43,548 nt of DNA from a virus (taxonomy: Duplodnaviria; Caudoviricetes), in IMG/VR virus record IMGVR_UViG_3300030095_000676, positions 1 to 43,548 of that record. The stretch is one strand, 5' to 3'. Positions 33,037 to 42,872 of the stretch are shown here, piece after piece. A program made the translations under genes and the position numbers. Within the stretch, counting starts at the first letter, position 1. Every line of letters starts with the position of its first letter. The notes beneath the pieces were generated by a model, which was not told the DNA's origin, did no database searches, and saw only the letters and a list, made by a program, of their open reading frames with translations.

Positions 33037-36000
33037 GTCAAATTTATCTTGTATAAATAAAGCACCCATATAATCTTTTGTATCGGCTAGTGATTGACCT
33101 AACTCTTTTTCATAATATAAAGCTATCATCTTACGTTTCTCAGAACTTAGATTAAAGTATTTAGCACGGGCTACTCTTTCTTGCATATCATCTGTTACAT
33201 ATCTTTCAGGGTCTAGTATTTCATTCCTAGCTCTGCTTCTTAGAGTATTTAATTTCTGTTTTAATAACGCTCTTTTTTCAACATCTGATTGAACACCTTT
33301 ATATATAGGGTCTGTTAATATATAGTTTTGTAAAGCAGTCTCTACATACTTACCCATTCTACCTTTAGCTTCTCTATTTAAATCAGGGTCATTAAATATT
33401 TTACTAGGTGCAATCTGTGGATATTTAAATCTCAATCTATCTAATTCTTTTTCAACTACAGTTCTCTCTTCCTGTTGTGTAAGACCCGTAATCTGTCTCA
33501 TAAAAGGGTTCATTACTTTTATACCACCAGTTTTAGTAGGGCTTTGTTGCATAGGTCTATCTAAACTAGGTGTAAAAGGAAATGAACGTGTGGCTTGTTT
33601 AAATATATATGGGAAAAATTCTATATCTCTACCATCTGTAACTACTCTATACTCAGGGTCTAATGTTGCAACAACATCTTTTAGTACACCAGCACCTACA
33701 GTATAGGTATTAAAATAATTTCCTATATAGTTAGCTGCTCTTTCATTTAATTGTGCTTCAAACTTTCCATCCTCTAATGCATTAGTCATCTCATTAAAAA
33801 ATCCATCAACAAGATTTAAACCTGTTGGTCTAAACTGACCACCACCAAGTGACTTAGTAAAGTTTCTTGCATCAAACTTAGCTTCTACTTTTGGATTTAA
33901 TAATTGGTATATATAGTCTGCCATAAAAGCATGAGTAGAAAAAGGACCTAGTGCAGCTTCTGCATTTACAAGTCCTTTACCATATGGGCTGTAGTATTCA
34001 AAAGGTCCTGTTGTTTCATCCCCATGATTACTTCTTAATGCATATAATCCTGTTAAGGCAACTAGTCCACCTATTTGTTTTCCAAATCTATCAGCAGCAT
34101 CTGATTTATTTAATACACCACCTATATCAAACATACCTAAAACAGGAGTGTGTTCATAAAAAAATCTAAATTGATTTACTAAGTACCTTGGAAAAGGAAC
34201 AAATGTAGAACCTAATTGTGTTTGAGATGCTTTAATAAATGTATCTGCTGCCTGATTAAATATACCTTCTTTTCCTTTAAATCTAGCAGTTTGATAAGTG
34301 AAGTCTAATGCTGACTCCATAGCACTACCAATTATCTTTTCATCAATGTCACTAAATCTACCTTTTTTTAATACCCCATTTAAACCGTCTTCAACACCAC
34401 CTGCAAGTAAAGCCTTATTTACTTCTCTAGCAAAGACAGCACGTTTAAACATATTATCTGATTTAGTATTTAATGTGTTAGCAGCTCGTGCAACTTTAAG
34501 AACCATAGAATTATCATCGCCTACATGATTAGCAACATCTCCCATTTTCATAAATAATCTTTGGGCTGCTTCTGATTTACCAAATACAGGATTTTCCATT
34601 AGCCTAGCTAGTGTAACCGTACTTGCTCTATCAAATCCAAACATTAAATCTTTAAATAAAATAGCATCATAGCTTGTTCTTAATTGTGCATTACCTAAAT
34701 TAACAGCACGTTGAGCTTCTTTCTTTATTAACTCATCTGTAATATCTTCACCCCCAAACTTTTCACCTTGAAGTTTAGCAGTTTTTAATTGCCTTGTTAT
34801 TTTTCCAGGTTCATATAATTTATTATATAACCCTGCACCAAGATTATCAAAGGCATAAATAAAATTACGCATATAACCATTTGTTGTATTACGAGTTGTT
34901 GTTGCTAACTGAACCGTCATCATACCAATACGAGCTTTGTTAATATTTCGCATAACTTCATTAGCTTTACCTAGTGTATTTTTACCTAGCTTTTCTTCTA
35001 GTTCTTTTCTAGCCTTTCCAGTTATTGTATCTCCCGCATCTTTTAATTGTATATCAATCTTATCTAATGTTTTAAGTAATGCTTTAGACTCTGCTTTACT
35101 TAATGCACCCATCTTACCTAATAGAGAACCTGCTTGAGAAACTTCTGCTGCTAATAAAGAACCAATATCACTATATCTAATACCATGTTTAGTAGCTATA
35201 GCGTTCATTTCGTCTACTTGTAAATGCCCTGAGTTTAATGCTCTAACTAATCTTGATGTAAATGCTTCTCCTTTTTCTATAGGAGGAAAGTCTTTAATCA
35301 TTTTAGCACCTGCTGCAGCTATGTTTTGTGCTGTTTTTAATTCTAACTGTACAGCAAAGTCATCATCTAGTGGATTAATCTTTTTAGTAAACTCTTCTTT
35401 TATTTCTTTACCTCTTGCTAATTCTTCAGGTATAGTTTTTTCTAATGCTAGTCTACCTTTTAAACCTTTATATATTTGCTGAGTTAAATCTCCAAACTCT
35501 GTACTCTCTACTGCTTCTTTTGTAGATGTTCTGTTAGCCCTTAATGCATTTTGTGCCATTTTCTTTTGGGAAATAATGTTTACTCTTTCAGCTACATTAG
35601 ATGTTAATGCTCTTTGAGCTTGAGCTGCAGCACCAAATACAGCACCTGGTGTGGCACTTAATGCACCACCTAATATAATATTACCTACACTTTTTTCTTC
35701 TTTTAATCCAGTCTCAACTCTTACTTGTTCTTGTGCAGCTACTTGTCCAGCACCTATTCCACCTTCAACTGCTCCTGCTCTGACAGCACCTTGTACAGCG
35801 GCACTTCTTAATGCTTTACCACTTGCACCTTGTTTTAATATCTGACGTATACCTAACTTAACACCTTGTTGTGCTGCTAGTGTTCCAACCTTTGCACCAC
35901 CACCCGTAAATATACCTGCATAAGTTGATGGTGCAGATAAAACCCCAGCTACATAATCTCCTGCAGCTTTAATTCCTAGGTCACTATCCATTTTATCATA

Positions 36001-36258
36001 GGTATCCATTAAGCGACCAAACCTCTCACGAGAATTTTTATCTGCATTTTGTGCATAAATCATATCGTTAATAGCTGTAACTTCATTTACATTTTGATAA
36101 CGAAAGTGTTCCATATATGCATCATATACAGCTTCTTTAGTTGATAAGGCATCTGCTTTATAGCCAACTCTATCAATTAAAAAATCAGATGCATCATCAA
36201 TGAATTGATTATCACTGATAAGTTTATCTTTATCAATTTTATCTTGGAGATTATACAT
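33031..36258 (-). CDS. Large internal virion (ejection) protein
   Basis: 1075 aa, helical, Gly/Ala-rich segments; last gene of the structural arm. Confidence 0.65.
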   Translation of the reverse strand: MYNLQDKIDKDKLISDNQFIDDASDFLIDRVGYKADALSTKEAVYDAYMEHFRYQNVNEVTAINDMIYAQNADKNSRERFGRLMDTYDKMDSDLGIKAAGDYVAGVLSAPSTYAGIFTGGGAKVGTLAAQQGVKLGIRQILKQGASGKALRSAAVQGAVRAGAVEGGIGAGQVAAQEQVRVETGLKEEKSVGNIILGGALSATPGAVFGAAAQAQRALTSNVAERVNIISQKKMAQNALRANRTSTKEAVESTEFGDLTQQIYKGLKGRLALEKTIPEELARGKEIKEEFTKKINPLDDDFAVQLELKTAQNIAAAGAKMIKDFPPIEKGEAFTSRLVRALNSGHLQVDEMNAIATKHGIRYSDIGSLLAAEVSQAGSLLGKMGALSKAESKALLKTLDKIDIQLKDAGDTITGKARKELEEKLGKNTLGKANEVMRNINKARIGMMTVQLATTTRNTTNGYMRNFIYAFDNLGAGLYNKLYEPGKITRQLKTAKLQGEKFGGEDITDELIKKEAQRAVNLGNAQLRTSYDAILFKDLMFGFDRASTVTLARLMENPVFGKSEAAQRLFMKMGDVANHVGDDNSMVLKVARAANTLNTKSDNMFKRAVFAREVNKALLAGGVEDGLNGVLKKGRFSDIDEKIIGSAMESALDFTYQTARFKGKEGIFNQAADTFIKASQTQLGSTFVPFPRYLVNQFRFFYEHTPVLGMFDIGGVLNKSDAADRFGKQIGGLVALTGLYALRSNHGDETTGPFEYYSPYGKGLVNAEAALGPFSTHAFMADYIYQLLNPKVEAKFDARNFTKSLGGGQFRPTGLNLVDGFFNEMTNALEDGKFEAQLNERAANYIGNYFNTYTVGAGVLKDVVATLDPEYRVVTDGRDIEFFPYIFKQATRSFPFTPSLDRPMQQSPTKTGGIKVMNPFMRQITGLTQQEERTVVEKELDRLRFKYPQIAPSKIFNDPDLNREAKGRMGKYVETALQNYILTDPIYKGVQSDVEKRALLKQKLNTLRSRARNEILDPERYVTDDMQERVARAKYFNLSSEKRKMIALYYEKELGQSLADTKDYMGALFIQDKFDL

Positions 36259-36261
36259 AAT

Positions 36262-37629
36262 TTAGTTTATTATTGAACCCGTGTTGTCAAACTGTGGTGT
36301 AAAACTAGGATAGTTTCTTTTAATTTTTCCCATAATTTGCTGTTGCTCTGTTTGAGATGTAGAAGCATTATACTGTGCTTTTAAATCAGCTAATGTTGGT
36401 ATACCAGTTTGTGGTGGTAGTCCACCTGGTGGAGGTTGATTAGGTGAAGGAGGAGGAACGTAAGCAAATGGACCAGCACCACCTTGAAACCCATTATCAA
36501 AAAGTTTTTTATCTGTTGGTACTATTACAAAACCACCATCTTTAGTAGAGATAACTTCTGGTAATTTATTTTGCTCTGCAGCTTTCATAATAGGACCTAT
36601 AGCATCAGATGGTTCTATGCCCTTTCTTATTGCTTCACCATAAATAGCTGTTAACTCTGCTGACTTAGTTGTTACTGAACCTACATCTAAACCTTTTTGG
36701 CTTTTTGGTTTCCATTGAAAACCACCCATACCGTCAGGCATATGCTCACCGTCAACATTAGCAGTTATGAGTATATGTGATTTTATAGAATTTAAAAATG
36801 ACCTACCCCCTGCTTCACTAAGTTTGCTTGGGTTTTGTACTTGTCTTATAATTGACTGTAATGTAGTAGCCCTACCCATTAAATCTTTATAACCATCTTC
36901 ATCACCTGCATCTTTTTTCTGTAGAGCTTTATTGGTCAATCTTAATACTTCAGCTTTAGGGTCTAACTGCATACCTAAGTCAAGTGTACCTGCCATAGTA
37001 GGCATATCACCTAGGTCAACATTATAGTCTGCACCGTCTGCTATTTGAGATGCAGCTAAGTCTATTCTATTCTGAACTTCTGCACCTATGTTTCGTTTTG
37101 CACCTAATGCACCAAACAAGCTATCATCTTTAATATCAGATACTTTAGTTATTGTTGGAGCTGCAGTAGAAAATTTTGCTAGGTCATTAATGGTTGTTTG
37201 GTTCTCATCTTTTGTAGCAAACTCTGGAGATACATCATATATTTCCATAAGGTTCTGTATCTTAGTTGCTTGTTCTTCAGCACCAGCTAAACCGTAGTTT
37301 CTTACAAGATATTCTGCACCATCAACACCACCTACTTTACCTGCAATACCTTTAATTTTTTCAGTAGCTTCTCTAAATTCTTTGTCGTATCTTTCTTGGT
37401 CTTTCTGTTGTCTCTGTATTTTGTAATCAGCAATTCTATCTATTCTTTCTTGTGTTCTTTCCATATCTTCAAGTAACATACCTGAAACACCTTGACCTTT
37501 TTTTTCTCCAGCAAAACCACGAACAAATCCTCTTGTAAATGAGTCTTTACTTTTTGCACCTTTACCCAGTAAAGCACCCCCTACAACTCCCGCTAATATC
37601 TTACCTGCACCAATACCAAATATTGCCAT
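36262..37629 (-). CDS. Putative internal virion protein
   Basis: Gly-rich hydrophobic N-terminus, coiled coil, Pro-rich linker. Confidence 0.55.
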   Translation of the reverse strand: MAIFGIGAGKILAGVVGGALLGKGAKSKDSFTRGFVRGFAGEKKGQGVSGMLLEDMERTQERIDRIADYKIQRQQKDQERYDKEFREATEKIKGIAGKVGGVDGAEYLVRNYGLAGAEEQATKIQNLMEIYDVSPEFATKDENQTTINDLAKFSTAAPTITKVSDIKDDSLFGALGAKRNIGAEVQNRIDLAASQIADGADYNVDLGDMPTMAGTLDLGMQLDPKAEVLRLTNKALQKKDAGDEDGYKDLMGRATTLQSIIRQVQNPSKLSEAGGRSFLNSIKSHILITANVDGEHMPDGMGGFQWKPKSQKGLDVGSVTTKSAELTAIYGEAIRKGIEPSDAIGPIMKAAEQNKLPEVISTKDGGFVIVPTDKKLFDNGFQGGAGPFAYVPPPSPNQPPPGGLPPQTGIPTLADLKAQYNASTSQTEQQQIMGKIKRNYPSFTPQFDNTGSIIN

Positions 37630-38153
37630 TACGCTCTCCTAGCCATTAAACCTTTTGGCTCTTCTTCCATTTCTTCTTGAGGTTCTTCTGTTGTTTCTGT
37701 CATCATAGGTTGAGCCATTTCTAAATCAACAACAGGCTCTTGTGTTTCTTCTTGTCTCATAGTACGTATAGCTTTTGATATCATCCTTGACTCTTTAGGT
37801 TTTTCTTCAAGACCTGATTTATATTCTATACCTGCTGTGTCACCTAATAACATCATTAGTTCCATTAAGACAGGCATAACTAATATACCTACGTCAGCAC
37901 TATGTTTACCATCCATAACATTAGATAGCTGTAATCCATTAGCAACAGCAGATACAGGTATACCCATCTCTAGTGCTTCAACGAGAGAGTCAGAAAACTC
38001 CTCATCATTCATTCTAGGAACATAGAATTGTATAGCTTCTTCAACTGTTGTATACAATGGGGGTCTTTGCCAAGGTCTACTGCCTAGCTCTGCTGTCATA
38101 GCTTGACCTGGAATAGGTGCGTTAAAGGATGGTTCTCTATCTATTTCTGCCAT
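37629..38153 (-). CDS. Conserved virion-module protein (APIPGQ...PWQRPP)
   Basis: ORF in the structural operon; acidic tail ending KGLMARR. Confidence 0.65.
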   Translation of the reverse strand: MAEIDREPSFNAPIPGQAMTAELGSRPWQRPPLYTTVEEAIQFYVPRMNDEEFSDSLVEALEMGIPVSAVANGLQLSNVMDGKHSADVGILVMPVLMELMMLLGDTAGIEYKSGLEEKPKESRMISKAIRTMRQEETQEPVVDLEMAQPMMTETTEEPQEEMEEEPKGLMARRA

Positions 38154-38370
38154 TTTTCAATAATTCTCTTTTTTCTCTTATCTGATTAAAATATAAAGCG
38201 ACTCTATACGCTGGACTATCTTCTACTTGTTCAGGTTCTTCATTGCTCATCTTTCCTCTTGGTGATAATAGCCCATTCTTAGGAAGCTCTTTATCATCAT
38301 CCTTTTCACGTATAGTATCTGCTATATTTAAAATAGTATTGTATACTCTAATTGCTGGATTAGTTTCCAT
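38137..38370 (-). CDS. Hypothetical protein
   Basis: ORF in the structural operon. Confidence 0.65.
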   Translation of the reverse strand: METNPAIRVYNTILNIADTIREKDDDKELPKNGLLSPRGKMSNEEPEQVEDSPAYRVALYFNQIREKRELLKNGRNR

Positions 38371-38386
38371 AAATATATCTCACTTC

Positions 38387-40504
38387 TTAAAATGGGAATT
38401 TAGATTTTAAAAATCCTGCACCCAATATTGAAAACATATTACCAAGAGCTGCACCTGCCGCACCTTGGTCTGCCATAGCTGCCATATCAATATCTCTGTC
38501 TGCTCTTATTTGTTCTATGGCTAACTCTTGATATCTGTCTAATTGTTTCTCTGCACTTGTCCATGCATTTTCCATATTATCTTGATAGTAATTCCAAAGA
38601 TTATCATATGCATCACGAGATGTTTCTAACACAGCAGAAGCATTTATTTCATTAGCTCTATTAACAGCAGCTGTATTTGATGTAGCTATCTGTCTTCTCC
38701 ACTGTGCATTGTTCTGTGCAATTACAAGTTGATTGTTTGCATTAAATTGGTCACGTTGATTATCTATTTCTTCATTAAACTTAGTCATTGCATTTGCTTC
38801 ACCTGCATTAAACTGTGATTGTGCATTTGACTGTGAAGCATTGTATTGACTTGTTTGTGTTTTTAGATTAGCAAAGAATTGGTCTGTCTGATTTTGTGAT
38901 GTTGCATTAAATTGACGAGCAGCATTTTCTGCGGCTGTGTCTGTAAATACAGCTTGTACTTTCTGTTGTGCCTTAAACATTTCAGTTTGTTGTTTATTAG
39001 TTAAGTTAGCCATATCTCTTTGCATAAATGCTTGTGCATTATGTACAGCAGCTTGTTGTCTATTGTTTAAGTTAGCCATATCTAAATCAGATAATGCCGC
39101 AGCTTCTGCCATAACAAGAGCTTGTTTATTATTTAGATTAGCTAAATTCATAGTGTTTGCAGCACGACTATTCTCTAAAGCTATTGACTGTTCTGCTGTA
39201 AAGTTTTGATTAGCTACATCTGCTATACGTGCAGAGTTTTTAACTCTTGCTTCAAAGGCTTGGTCAAACTCTTGTCCAATAAATGCAGCTCTATTCTTAG
39301 CGGCCAACACTGCCATCTGTTGTCTATTACTTAAATTCTGTGCTTCAAAACTTGCTTGTGTTGATGCATCTGCTTGAGCAATTGGTAATGCAGATTCTAG
39401 GGCAGCTTGTACCATAGCTTGACCTGCCATACTAGAAGCAGATAAACCTCTTTGAGCCATAGCAGCCATGACACCTCGTAATGCACCTGCAGCCCAAGGT
39501 GGTGGATTAGTTGCATCAAAGTCTTGAGTTAAACCAGCAAGTTGGTTTTGAACCATTGTTTTTTCAGAAGGTGTAGCAGTAGCAGCTTGTATCTGTTCTG
39601 TAAACTTAGCAGCTTTTTCTGCATCAGCCGCACCACTAATTAGTTCTCCATCTTGTATTTCTCTTTGTACAGGATTTTCTAATTCAATATGTTTACCTTG
39701 AGCAGCTGTTAAATCACCTACAGATGAAGTTGTTTGTTCAGCAGCTATAACTTGACTCTTAGGGTCAGATGGGTCTACTTGTTGTGCTTGAGTTGCATCT
39801 AAGGCAGTTTGTACTCCTTGTGCAGTTTCAGCAGCTGTCATCTTATTTGCTTCTTTTTCCCCTTCAACTGTAGCTAATGTAGTAGTGGCTTCAGTCGCTG
39901 TAACATCTGTTCTAGGGTCAAGTTGACCTGTTCCTTCAGCTATCATTTGGTCAGGTTGTTCAGTCATTTGTGCAGCTTGAGTTATAGCACCAGTCGGTAA
40001 TCCAGGGTCAGACAACATCTGTGCTGATATGTCTGCTATGTTGGGGTCTCCCGTTTGTTCTGTAGTTTTCTGTAAGAGGTCAGAGAAACTTGTGTCTGCA
40101 TATTGGGGATTAAGTTTTTTAAAGTTGTCAAACTCTGTTTCTGAACCAAATTTAAAATCAGTTCCTTTTATTTGAAACTCAGGTACAGCCTTTGTTACTT
40201 GTTTAAATTCTTGTTGTGGCACTGCTTGTTGAGGAATTGTTTGTGTTGTAGGAGGAAGTGTTTCATCACCAACTCTAGGTTTCGTGGGAGTCATTTCAAC
40301 TCCAGGTTTTGCAACACCCCCTTCTTGCATACGTATTAAACCACCTGCCATCATTTTTGCAGCTTGTTCCATCTTAATAGCTTTTTCTTGTCTTTCAGGA
40401 CTCTCTTCTATAAAGTTAGAGAAGTTATCTAAATTACCTTCATACCCCATAGACTTAGCAATCTTTGCTAATCCTTCAGGTTTAAACGCTTTGAATATAG
40501 CCAT
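38387..40504 (-). CDS. Ala/Gln/Asn-rich internal virion protein (DNA-pilot/ejection-tube-like)
   Basis: NLSNRQQ/NLNNKQ/QFNA-type repeats and a Gly-rich hydrophobic C-terminus. Confidence 0.65.
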   Translation of the reverse strand: MAIFKAFKPEGLAKIAKSMGYEGNLDNFSNFIEESPERQEKAIKMEQAAKMMAGGLIRMQEGGVAKPGVEMTPTKPRVGDETLPPTTQTIPQQAVPQQEFKQVTKAVPEFQIKGTDFKFGSETEFDNFKKLNPQYADTSFSDLLQKTTEQTGDPNIADISAQMLSDPGLPTGAITQAAQMTEQPDQMIAEGTGQLDPRTDVTATEATTTLATVEGEKEANKMTAAETAQGVQTALDATQAQQVDPSDPKSQVIAAEQTTSSVGDLTAAQGKHIELENPVQREIQDGELISGAADAEKAAKFTEQIQAATATPSEKTMVQNQLAGLTQDFDATNPPPWAAGALRGVMAAMAQRGLSASSMAGQAMVQAALESALPIAQADASTQASFEAQNLSNRQQMAVLAAKNRAAFIGQEFDQAFEARVKNSARIADVANQNFTAEQSIALENSRAANTMNLANLNNKQALVMAEAAALSDLDMANLNNRQQAAVHNAQAFMQRDMANLTNKQQTEMFKAQQKVQAVFTDTAAENAARQFNATSQNQTDQFFANLKTQTSQYNASQSNAQSQFNAGEANAMTKFNEEIDNQRDQFNANNQLVIAQNNAQWRRQIATSNTAAVNRANEINASAVLETSRDAYDNLWNYYQDNMENAWTSAEKQLDRYQELAIEQIRADRDIDMAAMADQGAAGAALGNMFSILGAGFLKSKFPF

Positions 40505-40737
40505 TATTTTTTACCTATTAATATCTTATCTAATTTATCTTCTAGTCTTTGCATAGCATCCATAATGTTATGCATATCTTCTTTAACATCATCACGTTTG
40601 GCATACTCCTCTCGTGTCTTATTGAGGAGTATATCCAATCGTTTTACTTCCATAAACATACCACGAAACACCCATATAGCAGGTGCTATAACAAGTGTTA
40701 ATAGTCCATTCCAAAATAGTATTGGGTTTACTTCCAT
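40504..40737 (-). CDS. Small membrane protein (one TM plus coiled coil), possible holin-like
   Basis: ILFWNGLLTLVIAPAIWVF followed by LLNKTREEY...RLEDKLD. Confidence 0.55.
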   Translation of the reverse strand: MEVNPILFWNGLLTLVIAPAIWVFRGMFMEVKRLDILLNKTREEYAKRDDVKEDMHNIMDAMQRLEDKLDKILIGKK

Positions 40738-40739
40738 GT

Positions 40740-41030
40740 TTAACTCGGTTTAGTTGGAAATGTTATATTGCTTAATTCATCGTCAGATGGTGTTTGAGTA
40801 GTAATATCTCTTAAATCTTGACGATATTTTTTCCAAGCATCACTCATTGTTACATCTGAATTAGCCATCCAATCTGTTTCAGCTAGTAAAGAATTTCTTT
40901 TATTTCTTAAATTAGCCATTCGTCTATTTGATGCACCATCAGACCAAGCCTTTTCTTCTGCATCTCTTGCTGTTTCTTCATCTGTTGTAAAAGCTAATCT
41001 TTCACCATTTATATATTTATATCTTGTCAT
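40740..41030 (-). CDS. Tail fibre assembly chaperone-like protein
   Basis: LR.KRN.LLAETDW...WKKYRQDLRDIT...ITFPTKP. Confidence 0.75.
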   Translation of the reverse strand: MTRYKYINGERLAFTTDEETARDAEEKAWSDGASNRRMANLRNKRNSLLAETDWMANSDVTMSDAWKKYRQDLRDITTQTPSDDELSNITFPTKPS

Positions 41031-41596
41031 TATCTATTCATCCCATACAAGCTAAATGTTCCTTGTGTTATATTTCCAGAAGCACTTTGAATTTTTAAAT
41101 AGTTAATTGCTGAAGTAGTATTAATAAAAGCACCACCATTCCACATATATGCTTGTGTAGGTTCTTTACCTATATGATTATAAGTTATATATTTTTTGCA
41201 ATTTGCTTGTGTTAAACCTATTAAATCAACAATAAAAGAACTACCTTCTCCATCATCATTTCCACAACCACCACCTATAAAAATATAATGGTCTTGATTA
41301 TCGTCTTCAAGACCAGTATTACCACCACTATTTGTTATTCTTCTATAAAATTGTCCTTGAGTATTGCCGTCTACAAAACTAGAACCATTATCTGTGCTAA
41401 CGTACATCTGTGGTCTTTCACCATCTGTAACTGGTTCATAAGAATGTATTCTAACCCTATAATCAGAATAGGTGGTTGTAATAAGTGTACTATTCCAAAT
41501 TACACTAGCAGTTGCAGAAGATATGGTGGTTGTATTAAGAAGAACCATTCCTGTGTTATCTGTAGCAGTAACTGCGTTTATCTTTGATATTGCCAT
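41030..41596 (-). CDS. Tail-associated beta-rich protein
   Basis: Ser/Thr/Gly-rich; ends GNITQGTFSLYG; in the fibre cluster. Confidence 0.6.
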   Translation of the reverse strand: MAISKINAVTATDNTGMVLLNTTTISSATASVIWNSTLITTTYSDYRVRIHSYEPVTDGERPQMYVSTDNGSSFVDGNTQGQFYRRITNSGGNTGLEDDNQDHYIFIGGGCGNDDGEGSSFIVDLIGLTQANCKKYITYNHIGKEPTQAYMWNGGAFINTTSAINYLKIQSASGNITQGTFSLYGMNR

Positions 41597-41775
41597 TAGT
41601 CTGCATCCTCTATTGTAAGTTCACCTGCATCAACTTGTCGTTTGATTTCAGCGTAGTCCATATTATCTTCATCTATTGGTACACAATAAACTATGTTAGA
41701 ATCTTTGTGTGTAACTTTATAACTTGATAATTCACCATGTAGATTGTTTACTTTTTTTACTTTTTCTATAATCAT
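41596..41775 (-). CDS. 59-aa tail-cluster protein (not in ORF track)
   Basis: MIIEKVKKV...CVPIDEDNMDYAEIKRQVDAGELTIEDAD; GGAG RBS; TAATG coupling. Confidence 0.75.
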   Translation of the reverse strand: MIIEKVKKVNNLHGELSSYKVTHKDSNIVYCVPIDEDNMDYAEIKRQVDAGELTIEDAD

Positions 41776-41777
41776 AA

Positions 41778-42872
41778 TTACGATAACTCCGAATGTACTG
41801 CCACAAGACCAGATGCAGAATTACTTTGAAACCACCCACCATCACCTTGTGTGCCAGAAATAGTATCTTGATTCATAAGATTTACACCTGTTGAAAAAGA
41901 TTGGTCTAATACAAAATCATCAAAGGTATCATTAGTATTAGCATTAAAAAAATGATATGCATTACTTCCAGTTACTTGCACAAGAGTAGGTGCTGCTCTC
42001 ATTGGTACATAAGTTGGTCTAAAACCAAACGCAAATTGAGTATTGTATAAGGATGCATTTGTAATAGGTACGTTATCACCACTAGCAAAAACTTGATAAT
42101 ACCTTTGGCATCTAGCTAAATTTTCTGCAAAAGTTTCATACTTAAAAGGTGTGGCAACTTCACCTATTTCTACTTGAACACCTGTCAAGTAAAACTCATT
42201 TGCAGCATCATCTAAAAAATCTACAGCGTGTCCTACTGCGTAATCACCATTACTAAATGCTTCATAACCAGACATTGCACTACCACCTGTATAAGTGCTA
42301 CCTGCTCTTAACCACCATGTAAATTCTATACCTTTACCATTATCATCATTTATTGCTCCACTAGTATCTCCTACAAAAGTAATTGTCTTTTTTTCAAAAG
42401 TATCAGCAGAATTAATTGTGTAAGTTTTAGTAAAATGTCTTGAGGAATCATCTGAAAATACATTTACGGCATATGTTCCTGTTTGTTTAGAACGCACATG
42501 AAAAGACAGTGTAATAGTTTTTGCACTAGATGTTCCATATAATAATTTTTGGCAATGCTGTGCTTCTATATAACATCGTAGACCTGAAAGTTCAGTTGCA
42601 CCTAAAGAACCATCAGCAGCGTTACATTCAATCTTGTAACTATTTTTAAATCCAGTTGGCACTGTAGTGCTTTGTGATATATCAACAGTTCCACCACCAC
42701 TATGTATATATGTCCATTGGTCCATAGTTTTAATACCTGATGATGATTGCCCTGTAGAACTTGTACCTCTTTGTGCAACAGACATATCACCATTATTTAT
42801 CATATTAGGGCTATATAAGCTATCTCCTTCAGATGCTGTTGCTAAATCTGCGAATGTTCTTGCTCTGCTCAT
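41778..42872 (-). CDS. Tail fibre / carbohydrate-binding-like protein
   Basis: NMINNGDMSVAQRG...TGVQVEIGEVATPF...LARCQRYY motifs of phage tail proteins. Confidence 0.7.
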   Translation of the reverse strand: MSRARTFADLATASEGDSLYSPNMINNGDMSVAQRGTSSTGQSSSGIKTMDQWTYIHSGGGTVDISQSTTVPTGFKNSYKIECNAADGSLGATELSGLRCYIEAQHCQKLLYGTSSAKTITLSFHVRSKQTGTYAVNVFSDDSSRHFTKTYTINSADTFEKKTITFVGDTSGAINDDNGKGIEFTWWLRAGSTYTGGSAMSGYEAFSNGDYAVGHAVDFLDDAANEFYLTGVQVEIGEVATPFKYETFAENLARCQRYYQVFASGDNVPITNASLYNTQFAFGFRPTYVPMRAAPTLVQVTGSNAYHFFNANTNDTFDDFVLDQSFSTGVNLMNQDTISGTQGDGGWFQSNSASGLVAVHSELS

